Below are positions 44,306 to 53,497 of a DNA stretch of 64,000 bases, in pieces. Source of the DNA: Omnitrophica bacterium GWA2_41_15 (lineage in GTDB: Bacteria; Omnitrophota; Gorgyraeia; Gygaellales; UBA12090); the NCBI GenBank assembly GCA_919902675.1, contig CAKKRH010000012.1, forward strand, positions 16,178 to 80,177, written 5' to 3'. Made by a program: the position numbers and the translations under genes. The stretch's first letter is position 1. Each line of letters opens with the position of its first letter. Under the pieces are notes generated by a model that had not been told where the DNA came from, did no database searches, and saw only the letters and a list, made by a program, of their open reading frames with translations.

Positions 44306-47122
44306 ATGATAGGACAGAATAAAGTATATAGTACATTATTTTTTCTGATGAGCTTTATTTATTTGGCTCCTGGGGGTGTTTGCGCTTACCAGAATCCTAA
44401 ATACGAGATAGAGGCCAGGGTGGATACCGCCAGCCACATTATCCGGGCTAGACAAAAAGTAACTTTGGTGAATAATTCGGATACGGCTGTAAAAGAGGCC
44501 TATTTTCATATTTATCCTAACCGTAAATATACCGAAAAAGAAAAAAGGTTTATTTCCCGCTATGCCGCCTATTTTAAGGTGAATCTGTTCCCTGAGGGTT
44601 TTCAGTCGGGAAGCATAGAAATAAATTCGGTTTCCGCGTCAGGCCAGGGCCTCAAATACCAAATTGAAGGCCAAGACCAGACTATATTGAAGATTGAACT
44701 GGAAAAAGACCTTGCCTCTGGTTCCTCCGCGGTAGTGGAGTTAGAATATCAGGTAGAGATACCTCATGGTTACGGAAGGTTCGGCTGGAATAAAAATATT
44801 ACCAGTTTACTGCGCTGGTATCCTATGCTTTCGGTATTAGATAACCAGGGCTGGCATAATTATCCATTTTACCCTTATCATCAGCCTTATTTTTCTGATG
44901 CCGCCGAATATTCGGTTAAGCTCACCGTGGCCAAGGACGAGACGGTTATCCATAGCGGGATATTAAAAGAGGAAAAACAAAATCCGGATGGCAGCAAAAC
45001 CCTTTTTATTGAGTCCGAGCTTCCTTTGCGGGATTTTGGCTTGGCCTTAAGTCCGGATTATAAAGTAACATCCCTTCAGGCGGGAGGAATAAAGATAAAC
45101 TCTTATTATTTAGAAAGGGATGATTTTTACGCCCAAAATGCGGCGGAATCCGCCCGGGATTTAATAGAATTTTATTCTCAAAAGTTAGGCCCTTATCCTT
45201 ACAAGGAATTTAACATCGCCCCGGTGTATCTGGCCTACGGAGGGACTCAATCCTCTAATCTTATTCTGATTGATACCCGGGCCTACCGCCTGCCGAAATT
45301 TTTAATCCGCTATTTCGATTTTTTGATTAGCCATGAAACCGGCCACCAGTGGTTTTACAATTTAGCCGGTTCGGATGAATACCAGGAAATGGTGATTGAC
45401 GAGGGGCTGAACTCTTATTTTATCCTTAAACATCTGGAGAATAAATACGGCCTTGATGCCCAGGTGATGGTTTTGCCCAGGGCCCTGCAATGGATTATCC
45501 CCAATTTCTCCTTTTTGCGCGCTCAGACCGACCGCTACAGCTTTACCGCCGAAAACGGTTTAGACTCACCGGCCTTAAATAAGCTTTCCAGCTTCCAGGA
45601 GCCCAGTTCCATATTTTCCATCACCTACGGTAAAGGTTCTAAAATATGGGATATGCTTAATTATGTGGCCGGCGACGAAACCTTTAAAAGAATTACACGG
45701 AGGATTTTCGCGGAATACAAATTCAGGAATATCTCAATGCGGGACATTCAGGCCCTGGCCAAGGAAGAATCCAGAGAGGATCTGGACTGGTTTTTCCAGG
45801 AGTGGTTTAAGACTTCTAAAAAGTGCGATTATGCCGTCAAGGAGGTTAAGGATAACAAGGTTATCCTGGAAAACAGGGGTGAAATCCGGATGCCGGTTGA
45901 GCTCTTGGTGGAATTTGAAGACGGGACAAAACAGAAATTATCCTGGGATGGCCGGGGAAAAGAAAAAGAATTATTAATTGAGCCTTTTAAAACGATAAAA
46001 TCCGTCCAGCTGGATCCGGAAAAAAGGCTCTTGGATTTAGATCGGGTTAATAATAATTGGAAACGAAAAATAGAACTCAAACCGGTTCCTTTATATTATT
46101 CGATATACGAGATTCCGGTTTTTCTTAAAGACGATGCCTATAGCTTAGTTTTGGGTCCGCAGATAGGTAGTGATTTAGGGATAAAAGCATCTTTGCAAAA
46201 GCCCCAGGATAGTATTTTTTATTTCTCCAGCGGATATAATTTTGGCGAAGAGAGGATAAAAAATGTCTTAGGGTTCGAACAGCGCCATTTTGGAGGGAAG
46301 CTGCTTAAGTGGGGCATAGAGGCCTTTGATTATAATGACGCGAGCGGTAATGACGATCAGAATGGCTTTAAGCTGTATTTACGCAAAGAACTTTGGCCGG
46401 CCAGCTACGGTCTGATGGATGAGAATGATCATCTCAGCCTGTATCTTTTAAAGAGCCGGGATTTTAAAAGCGCTTTGACCTCCGGGGGATTGGAAGACAT
46501 CCGCAATTTATATTACCGTAAAGAGGATGAGGCTATAGCCGGGCTGAATCTAAAATTAGGCCGATATGGCACTTATCCCGACCCCCAGGAAGGCTGGAAA
46601 TTCATCTCTACCTTAGAAAATGCCGGGCATTTCCTAGGAGGCGACAATTCTTTCTGGCGGTTTTCCCCGGAGTTGACCCGTTATTTTAATTTTAACCCTC
46701 AGCAAAAAATTGCCACCCGGCTAAAATTAGGGCTGGGATATCCCGATGATAAGGGGCTGTTTCAATTAGGAGGCGAAAATAGTTTGCGCGGTTTCGCCTA
46801 TAAGACCATTAACGGCTCGCGGGCACTGATGTTTAATGCCGAATACCGCCAGGATTTAATTGATGACCTGGATATCAGATTTCTTGACAATATTATTTGT
46901 CTTGATAAGATTCAAGGAGTAGGATTCTTTGATATCGGAAAGAGCTGGTTCGGCAGTTTTAACGACAGAAGCTTTAAAAAAGATGCCGGCCTGGGCCTGC
47001 GTCTGCATTTTACCTTAGGTTCATTTTTAGAGAAGTTTATCCTGCGTTTAGACGCCGCCCAGCCTCTGAATCAGCCTAAATCCAAGCGGCATTATTGGCT
47101 TGGCCTGGGACACTCTTTTTAG
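44306..47122 (+). CDS. M1-type gluzincin peptidase domain fused to a C-terminal Omp85/BamA-type beta-barrel
   Basis: HETGHQWFYNLAGSDEYQEMVIDEG gives HExxH-x18-E exactly. The C-terminus GGENSLRGF...DAGLGLRL...WLGLGHSF (terminal Phe) is typical of Omp85 barrels. 938 aa. Confidence 0.7.
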   Translation: MIGQNKVYSTLFFLMSFIYLAPGGVCAYQNPKYEIEARVDTASHIIRARQKVTLVNNSDTAVKEAYFHIYPNRKYTEKEKRFISRYAAYFKVNLFPEGFQSGSIEINSVSASGQGLKYQIEGQDQTILKIELEKDLASGSSAVVELEYQVEIPHGYGRFGWNKNITSLLRWYPMLSVLDNQGWHNYPFYPYHQPYFSDAAEYSVKLTVAKDETVIHSGILKEEKQNPDGSKTLFIESELPLRDFGLALSPDYKVTSLQAGGIKINSYYLERDDFYAQNAAESARDLIEFYSQKLGPYPYKEFNIAPVYLAYGGTQSSNLILIDTRAYRLPKFLIRYFDFLISHETGHQWFYNLAGSDEYQEMVIDEGLNSYFILKHLENKYGLDAQVMVLPRALQWIIPNFSFLRAQTDRYSFTAENGLDSPALNKLSSFQEPSSIFSITYGKGSKIWDMLNYVAGDETFKRITRRIFAEYKFRNISMRDIQALAKEESREDLDWFFQEWFKTSKKCDYAVKEVKDNKVILENRGEIRMPVELLVEFEDGTKQKLSWDGRGKEKELLIEPFKTIKSVQLDPEKRLLDLDRVNNNWKRKIELKPVPLYYSIYEIPVFLKDDAYSLVLGPQIGSDLGIKASLQKPQDSIFYFSSGYNFGEERIKNVLGFEQRHFGGKLLKWGIEAFDYNDASGNDDQNGFKLYLRKELWPASYGLMDENDHLSLYLLKSRDFKSALTSGGLEDIRNLYYRKEDEAIAGLNLKLGRYGTYPDPQEGWKFISTLENAGHFLGGDNSFWRFSPELTRYFNFNPQQKIATRLKLGLGYPDDKGLFQLGGENSLRGFAYKTINGSRALMFNAEYRQDLIDDLDIRFLDNIICLDKIQGVGFFDIGKSWFGSFNDRSFKKDAGLGLRLHFTLGSFLEKFILRLDAAQPLNQPKSKRHYWLGLGHSF

Positions 47123-47125
47123 ACT

Positions 47126-48118
47126 ATGACAGGTAAAAAGTTATCCAAGATTTTTATTTCTTTTCTGGCCGCGGTTTCTTTCTTATCTTTAGGAGAGCTT
47201 GGCCTGAGGTTATTTTGGGAGATGGCTCCTTCGGTGCGCCGGCCGTTTTATCAAAGAAGCAAGAATCCCTATATCCGCTATGAGCTTATTCCCGGCGCCG
47301 TATCCGCAAATATCAAAATAAATTCTGCCGGTTTCCGCGGCTCGGAAATAACCATTGAAAAGCAGGAAGGTGCTTATCGCATTCTAATGCTGGGAGATTC
47401 AGAGCTGTTTTCAATATTATTGCCCGAAGAAGACAATCTTAGCCGTCAGTTAGAGAAGCTTCTGAATGAAAAATCCGGCGGTTTAAAATTCGAGGTGGTT
47501 AATACCGGGGTGGAAGGGTATAATACCTATCAGGAGTTTGAGGTCTTAAAGGATAAAGGCCTTAAATACGCTCCGGATTTAGTGGTCTTAAATTATGTCT
47601 TAAATGACCCGGAGCCGGGTGAGTATTATTTCGGGAATAATTTCCTTTCCCGAAACAGCGCCTTATACCGCTATTGTATCTACCGGGTTAAGAAGGGATT
47701 AATTAAAAGAGAGCGTAAGAGGCTGAAGATTAAGACTGAGCCGGATCATTTTAATTATCTGCACAGCGGTGAATCTTTCCTCCATTTAAAGAATACAATT
47801 CTAGAAATGGCCGCTATGCTAGAGGAGCGTAAGATAAGGTTGGTGGTCCATATTTTTCCGGTATCAAGTTTAGCAGTGAATGATTTTAAGGAGAATTATC
47901 CTTATAGCCATCTGCATCAGATGATAAAAGATATAACCCATAAGAATATTATCTGTGTGGACGCGATAGAGGAATTTAACCGTTTGGAAATGACGCCGCA
48001 AGAGGTTTCTATTAATTATCAATATAACGAATCCCACAAGAACGCCTTAGCCCTGGGGGTTATGGCCGAGCTTTTATGCCGGGTATTCAGGGAGAACAAT
48101 CTTATTTCCGGTATATAA
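47126..48118 (+). CDS. SGNH/GDSL-type hydrolase with N-terminal membrane anchor
   Basis: The ILMLGDSE block (catalytic Ser) and downstream NTGVEGYN and LNDP-type blocks. 330 aa. Confidence 0.6.
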   Translation: MTGKKLSKIFISFLAAVSFLSLGELGLRLFWEMAPSVRRPFYQRSKNPYIRYELIPGAVSANIKINSAGFRGSEITIEKQEGAYRILMLGDSELFSILLPEEDNLSRQLEKLLNEKSGGLKFEVVNTGVEGYNTYQEFEVLKDKGLKYAPDLVVLNYVLNDPEPGEYYFGNNFLSRNSALYRYCIYRVKKGLIKRERKRLKIKTEPDHFNYLHSGESFLHLKNTILEMAAMLEERKIRLVVHIFPVSSLAVNDFKENYPYSHLHQMIKDITHKNIICVDAIEEFNRLEMTPQEVSINYQYNESHKNALALGVMAELLCRVFRENNLISGI

Positions 48119-48142
48119 AAACAATTAAGAAAGGATAGGGAA

Positions 48143-48301
48143 ATGATAGAAAAGAGCGAATACAAGGGAAACCCGATTATTGTGATTAAGAGAAGCGAGG
48201 ATGATAAGTATCCTTTTTCTTTCGGGGTAAGCAAGGCTAAGTTGATTCTAGAAAATATCGAAGAGATTAAAAAATTCGTGGAAGAAAATCCAGGAAAATA
48301 G
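48143..48301 (+). CDS. Small conserved hypothetical protein (52 aa)
   Basis: MIEKSEYKGNPIIVIKRSEDDKYPFSFGVSKAKLILENIEEIKKFVEENPGK. An RBS-like GGATAGGGA lies upstream. It fills the gap between two genes and falls below the track cutoff. Confidence 0.5.
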   Translation: MIEKSEYKGNPIIVIKRSEDDKYPFSFGVSKAKLILENIEEIKKFVEENPGK

Positions 48302-48304
48302 CCC

Positions 48305-48742
48305 ATGAAATACACCAAAGGCGGCATAGGCAGGATATTCCTGCTTAAGTTTGAAGATGACGATATCCTGATTAAGGAGCTTGAGGCCTTAGCCAGAAAA
48401 GAGCGCATAAAAGCGGCTACGTTTGTATTTCTAGGCGCGCTTAAAAAAGGGGATTTGGTTACCGGTCCTAAGAAGCCGGTTATTCCTCCGGAGCCTAACT
48501 GGGTGGCTTTTAAGGATGCCTGGGAGGCAATGGGAATCGGAACAATCTTTAGTAATGAAAAAGGCCCCCAGATTCACGTGCATACGGCAATGGGGAAGAA
48601 GGACAAAACCTTAACCGGATGTGTGCGCAAGGATTCCAAGGTGTTTTTGGTGATTGAGGCGATTGTGTTTGAATTAAAAGGCGTTAAGGCTGAGAAAGAT
48701 ATCGATCCGAAAACCGGATTGAATCTGTTAAAGATACTCTAA
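48305..48742 (+). CDS. PPC (DUF296) domain protein
   Basis: 145 aa. GRIFLLKFEDDDILIKELEALARKE.I.AA.F..LGALKKG and HVH...G patterns are typical of the PPC/DUF296 fold. Confidence 0.6.
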   Translation: MKYTKGGIGRIFLLKFEDDDILIKELEALARKERIKAATFVFLGALKKGDLVTGPKKPVIPPEPNWVAFKDAWEAMGIGTIFSNEKGPQIHVHTAMGKKDKTLTGCVRKDSKVFLVIEAIVFELKGVKAEKDIDPKTGLNLLKIL

Positions 48743-48755
48743 GATTGCGAAAGAC

Positions 48756-48789
48756 GATAAATCACACGCGATAAACCACAGGTGATAAA
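48756..48789. repeat. Tandem 14-nt repeat (ABAB heptamer pattern) immediately upstream of an ORF
   Basis: GATAAATCACACGC GATAAACCACAGGT GATAAA, running into the ATG at 48790. Confidence 0.75.
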
Positions 48790-49446
48790 ATGAGCGTTTA
48801 TAAAACCAAATCCTTAGATAGCATTGAGCAAAAAATAATGGAGGCCGACCCGGAAACTTTCCGCCGGCATGTCTTAGAGAGCGCCAAGGATTTTAAGACC
48901 TCCTGGATAGAATTAGGCCGGGCATTATACGCGGTGTGGAAGGATAAGTTGTATAAGGAATGGGGCTACGCGACTATAGACGCCTACGCGGCCAAGGAAA
49001 TCGGCATCCGCAAGCAGACGGTGATGAAGCTTTTAAGGAGCTATTCTTTTCTGGAGAAGGAAGAGCCGGGATATCTAAAGGACGAATATGTCGATTCTCA
49101 AAGCACGGCTTTGGTGCCTGGCTATGAGTCTATCGATGTTCTTCGCCAGGCCAGGAATAAAAAAGATTTGGACCAGGAGGATTACGCGGGCCTAAAGAAA
49201 GCGGTATTTGAAAAAGGTAAAGACGCCGGAGAGCTCAAGAAGGATTTAACTAACATTATTAGGGAGCGCAGAGAGCTTGAGCCTGAGGAGGCTCGCCAAG
49301 AAAAGAAACTTTCGCTGTTAAAAAGGTTCCTGGGCAGCCTAAAAGCCATAACCCGGGAATTGGAAACCGCGAAATTGGGCCCGGCTTCCTTAGCCAGGGA
49401 AGCGGAAAGCTTAATTAAGAAAATAGAAGCAGAGATAAACCTATGA
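48790..49446 (+). CDS. Hypothetical protein
   Basis: 218-aa charged, helical ORF in an operon with the DUF1805-like gene. I recognise no family. Confidence 0.5.
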   Translation: MSVYKTKSLDSIEQKIMEADPETFRRHVLESAKDFKTSWIELGRALYAVWKDKLYKEWGYATIDAYAAKEIGIRKQTVMKLLRSYSFLEKEEPGYLKDEYVDSQSTALVPGYESIDVLRQARNKKDLDQEDYAGLKKAVFEKGKDAGELKKDLTNIIRERRELEPEEARQEKKLSLLKRFLGSLKAITRELETAKLGPASLAREAESLIKKIEAEINL

Positions 49447-49733
49447 TCGAGCGTAGAAAGATTAAAATAGGCGCTAAATATATCGAGGCATTTTTGATAA
49501 ATTTAGAGAGTAAAAACCTTATTCTCTTAAGAGGATCCCGTGGCTACGTGATGTGCGGCTATTTGAATATGAAGGCAGCAGAGAGATTTAAGGATGTGGC
49601 AATAAAAATCACCGGAATATCCGCTATCAAAGAGGCATTAAAAACTTCAGTTCATTCCTGCACCAGCCCCGCAAGAAAATTAGGCATCTATAAAGGCCAG
49701 CCGATAAAGGAAGTTTTGAAGATCATCGCCTAA
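49443..49733 (+). CDS. DUF1805 (YunC-like) protein
   Basis: 96 aa. LILLRGSRGYVMCGYLNM..AE.F.D.A..ITG matches my recollection of YunC-family proteins. ATGA overlap upstream. Confidence 0.6.
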   Translation: MIERRKIKIGAKYIEAFLINLESKNLILLRGSRGYVMCGYLNMKAAERFKDVAIKITGISAIKEALKTSVHSCTSPARKLGIYKGQPIKEVLKIIA

Positions 49734-50857
49734 TGCCTCTTTCCTTATATATCCACGTCCCTTTTTGCGAAAAGAAATGCCAGTATTGTGATTTTTACAG
49801 CATAGCTTCTCAAGAAAAGTTGGCCGGGGATTATATTCAGGCGTTGATTGAGCAGATTGGGCAAATAGACGCTCTTGTTTCAAGCATTTATATCGGTGGC
49901 GGGACGCCATCGGTGTTGGAGGTGGATTTATTGGGTCAATTACTTAAAAGCCTTAAGAGAGTAATCGCCCCGTCGGTCGAATTTACTATTGAGGTTAATC
50001 CGGAAAGCTTTAGTAAAGAAACGGCGGAATTGTTTTTAGTAAACGGGGTGAATCGTTTAAGTATAGGTCTGCAATCTTTTAACGATAAAAAGCTAAAAAA
50101 ATTAGGCCGGATCCATAGCGCTAAAAAAGCCCGGGAAGCGGTTTATCTGGCCCAAAAAAGCGGATTTAAGAATATAAGCATTGATTTGATTTTTGGCCTC
50201 TGGGATGAAAAATTAGCAGATTGGAAAAAAGAATTGCAACAGGCAGTCATCCTGCCGGTTAAACATATATCGGTTTACTCTTTAAGCTATGAGAAAGGCA
50301 CGGCTTTATCTAAAATGCTCAAAAAGGGCTTGATTAAACCCTTAGAAGATGAGGCTGTTGCCGGGATGTATGAATACGCGGTTGATTTTCTGCAAGGCCA
50401 CGGATTTAAACGTTACGAGGTATCCAATTTTGCCCGGGGCGGCTATATCTGCCGGCATAATTACGGTTATTGGCAAAATGAGCCTTATATCGGCCTGGGC
50501 CCTTCGGCAGTTTCCTATCTTGAGGGCGTAAGAAAGAAGAATATTTCCGATGTCAAAGAGTATACCGCGAGAATTAAGAAGGGAAGCAGTGTTGTTAAGT
50601 CTCAGGAAAAACTTTATAGTGTCCAGAAAGCCAAAGAAACCGCCGCGCTTAAAATCAGGACTAAGGAAGGGATAAACCTTGAGTGGTTTAAAGAGCAGAC
50701 AGGATTTGATTTCTTAAGATTAGAAAAAGACTCAGTAACCGGCTTGCGGGAAAAGGAACTCATTGACTACGAGAAAAAAGACGGTAAAATAAAAAGAGTT
50801 TCACTTACCGATAAGGGGTTTTTATTCTGCGATATTGTTTCTAGTGAATTGCTATAA
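49733..50857 (+). CDS. hemW: Radical SAM heme chaperone HemW (HemN-like, oxygen-independent coproporphyrinogen oxidase family)
   Basis: LYIHVPFCEKKCQYCDF (CxxxCxxC), GGGTPS, and a HemN_C-like tail. 374 aa. Confidence 0.9.
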   Translation: MPLSLYIHVPFCEKKCQYCDFYSIASQEKLAGDYIQALIEQIGQIDALVSSIYIGGGTPSVLEVDLLGQLLKSLKRVIAPSVEFTIEVNPESFSKETAELFLVNGVNRLSIGLQSFNDKKLKKLGRIHSAKKAREAVYLAQKSGFKNISIDLIFGLWDEKLADWKKELQQAVILPVKHISVYSLSYEKGTALSKMLKKGLIKPLEDEAVAGMYEYAVDFLQGHGFKRYEVSNFARGGYICRHNYGYWQNEPYIGLGPSAVSYLEGVRKKNISDVKEYTARIKKGSSVVKSQEKLYSVQKAKETAALKIRTKEGINLEWFKEQTGFDFLRLEKDSVTGLREKELIDYEKKDGKIKRVSLTDKGFLFCDIVSSELL

Positions 50858-50875
50858 AAGGGGGAGTTTCAAGGA

Positions 50876-53497
50876 ATGATTTACCGCTTTATTGATAACC
50901 AGGGGACATTTAGGGTTAAAGACCCGCATAAATATAATCTTTATTTCCCACTGACTAACCGGGATGGCAGTATTTTAAGCTCAATCAGCCCGAATCTCTC
51001 CGGGGATATCAAGAAAGATAACGAACATTTTTTAATGGCTCCGGTCAGTATTGAGGACTTAAGGAGCAACCTCCTCTGCCGGCGGGAATTTTTTCTTAAA
51101 ACCGAAGGCCGCTCTATAAGGCTGTCCCATGCCTACAATGATACCCTGGAAGCAGGGCTTTTATATCATAAGATTACTAAAAATATAGGCGCCTTAGAAA
51201 TAGAAATCCTTACCTTTATCCCCTATGATTGCGCGGTGGAGATTACCCGGATTAGCGTCCGGAATAAGGGGAATAAAGAGATAAAGATTACGCCGACTTC
51301 TTTTATCCCCCTTTATGGCCGTTCGGAAAAATGCCTGCGGGACCACCGGCATGTCAGCTCTTTACTGAACCGGGTTTATCTGGATAAATACGGCATCTTG
51401 CTTAAACCAACCATGGTTTTTGATGAAAAAGGGCATAAAGCTAATGAGGTTATCTATTATACCTTGGGTTTTGAAGGCCAAAAAACGGCGCCTATCGGGC
51501 AATTTCCCACTCTGGATTATTTCTTTGGAGAGTCGGATATAACCTCACCTGACGCCATAGAAAAGAAGGTTAAGCCTGTATCTAAAAAGCTTCCCGAATT
51601 TGACGGTAAGGAGTCCTGCGCGGCCTTTCGTTTTAAAGAAAAAACCCTAAAAAAGAACGATGACGCGGAATATTTTCTTTTTTCCGGAATAGATACTGCC
51701 GGAAAAAATATCCAAAATACATTTAATAGATTTGACAGCCCTCGGAAAATCCAAGAAAGCTTTGAGGAAACAAAAAAATATTGGCTGAATTATCTGTCGG
51801 CTTTAGAGTTTGATTTCAAGGATAGAAATTACAATAACTGGTTGTTCTGGGTAAAGCTTCAGCCCACCCTAAGAAAACTGTTCGGCTGTTCATTCCTGCC
51901 CCATTTTGATTACGGTAAAGGCGGCCGCGGCTGGCGCGATCTCTGGCAGGATGCCCTGACCCTACTTTTGATCCAGGCCGGCCCAGGGGCCAGGAGTTTT
52001 ATCCTGAATAATTTTAAAGGGGTGCGCATTGACGGCTCTAACGCCACTATTATTACCAAGGACGGAGAATTTATCTCGGATAGAAACCGTATCAGCCGGG
52101 TCTGGATGGACCACGGAATCTGGCCTTATCTGACCTTACGGCTGTATCTGAATAAGACCGCGGATATAGGTATCCTTTTGGAAAAAGATGTCTATTTCCA
52201 GGACCATCAGTTAAGGAGGGCGCGGGAGGTAAACCGGGATTTTCATCACCAGAGCTACATCTTGCATACCAAAGACGGCCAGGTTTACCGCGGGAGCATT
52301 CTGGAGCATATTCTGGTTCAGAATCTGGTGCAGTTTTTTAACGTGGGCCGGCACAATATTATCCGCTTAGAGAACGCCGACTGGAATGACGGTTTGGATA
52401 TGGCCCCGGATAACGGGGAGAGCGTCACTTTTAGTTTTATGTATGCCCATAACTTAGCTGACCTCTGCGGATTTCTGGAAAGGCTGAAGAAAAAGGTTGA
52501 GAAAGTAGATATTTTGGCGGAACTGACTTTTCTCCTGGATGCCGCTGGAAATTCAACTCACTATCGCGATTATTCCTATAAGCATAAAAGATTGGATGAA
52601 TACCTGCACCGGGTAAAAAGCATAAGCGGGGACAAAAAAGAAATTGCCATTTCGGACCTGATCGCGGATCTAAAGGCAAAATCAGGGCATTTATTTAAAT
52701 GGCTGAGAGAAAAGGAATGGCTTAGGGAGGGTTTCTTTAACGGCTATTATGATAATAAGGGAAACAGGGTAGAGGGAAAGACCGCCGGGCAGAATATCCG
52801 GATGCTCCTGCCTTCCCAGGTCTTTGCCATAATGAGCGGGGGAGCGGATAACCGGCAGATTAAGAAGACCTGGGCCTCAATAAAAAAATATCTCTGGGAT
52901 AAACAATTAGGGGGATTTCGCCTGAATACCAATTTTAACTCTCACCATAATCTGGATTTAGGAAGGGCCTTCGGTTTTTCCTACGGCGACAAAGAAAACG
53001 GGGCTTTTTTCAGTCATATGGTAGTAATGCTGGCCAATGCTTTATATAACCGAGGCTTTATCAATGAAGGTTTTGAAGCCTTTAATTCCATTTACAAGAT
53101 GGCATTAAGCGATAAAGGAAGGATCTATCCGATTATCCCGGAATATTTCAATAACGAGGGAAGAGGGCTTTATCTGTATTTAACCGGCTCGGCCAGCTGG
53201 TATATCTATACCTTATTAGAAGAAGTCCTGGGGATAAAGTTTGATTTCGGGAATATCTGTTTAGAGCCAAAGCTTACCCGGAGCAGCTTTCTTAGCAAGG
53301 AAATCAAGGTAAAATTAAGCCTGCGGGATAATCCGGTTGAGATCGTCTTTACCAGAGAGGTTTCTAAGGATGTTTACCGCGTCCGGGATGTCTATGTGGG
53401 AGATGAAAAACAAATTCTCCCTAAGAATAACCGCTATATTCTTAAAAGAGAAGATTTAAATAATAAAGAAAATCTTATTAGGGTGCGTTTAGGCTAA
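50876..53497 (+). CDS. GH94/GT36-superfamily glycoside phosphorylase-like protein
   Basis: 873 aa. RGWRDLWQD and ENADWNDGLD motifs resemble cellobiose/chitobiose phosphorylase catalytic (alpha/alpha)6 domains. This is a family-level call only. Confidence 0.5.
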   Translation: MIYRFIDNQGTFRVKDPHKYNLYFPLTNRDGSILSSISPNLSGDIKKDNEHFLMAPVSIEDLRSNLLCRREFFLKTEGRSIRLSHAYNDTLEAGLLYHKITKNIGALEIEILTFIPYDCAVEITRISVRNKGNKEIKITPTSFIPLYGRSEKCLRDHRHVSSLLNRVYLDKYGILLKPTMVFDEKGHKANEVIYYTLGFEGQKTAPIGQFPTLDYFFGESDITSPDAIEKKVKPVSKKLPEFDGKESCAAFRFKEKTLKKNDDAEYFLFSGIDTAGKNIQNTFNRFDSPRKIQESFEETKKYWLNYLSALEFDFKDRNYNNWLFWVKLQPTLRKLFGCSFLPHFDYGKGGRGWRDLWQDALTLLLIQAGPGARSFILNNFKGVRIDGSNATIITKDGEFISDRNRISRVWMDHGIWPYLTLRLYLNKTADIGILLEKDVYFQDHQLRRAREVNRDFHHQSYILHTKDGQVYRGSILEHILVQNLVQFFNVGRHNIIRLENADWNDGLDMAPDNGESVTFSFMYAHNLADLCGFLERLKKKVEKVDILAELTFLLDAAGNSTHYRDYSYKHKRLDEYLHRVKSISGDKKEIAISDLIADLKAKSGHLFKWLREKEWLREGFFNGYYDNKGNRVEGKTAGQNIRMLLPSQVFAIMSGGADNRQIKKTWASIKKYLWDKQLGGFRLNTNFNSHHNLDLGRAFGFSYGDKENGAFFSHMVVMLANALYNRGFINEGFEAFNSIYKMALSDKGRIYPIIPEYFNNEGRGLYLYLTGSASWYIYTLLEEVLGIKFDFGNICLEPKLTRSSFLSKEIKVKLSLRDNPVEIVFTREVSKDVYRVRDVYVGDEKQILPKNNRYILKREDLNNKENLIRVRLG

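Noticed and set aside
45663-45977. 104-aa alternative-frame ORF inside the M1-Omp85 gene.
   Set aside because: It is embedded in a long, motif-supported ORF. Its translation is Arg/Trp-rich, as is typical of off-frame reading.
48019-48408. 129-aa minus-strand ORF spanning the end of the SGNH gene, the small ORF and the start of the PPC gene.
   Set aside because: It overlaps three plus-strand ORFs that have RBSs and tight spacing. Its translation is Ser/Leu/Ile-rich low complexity.
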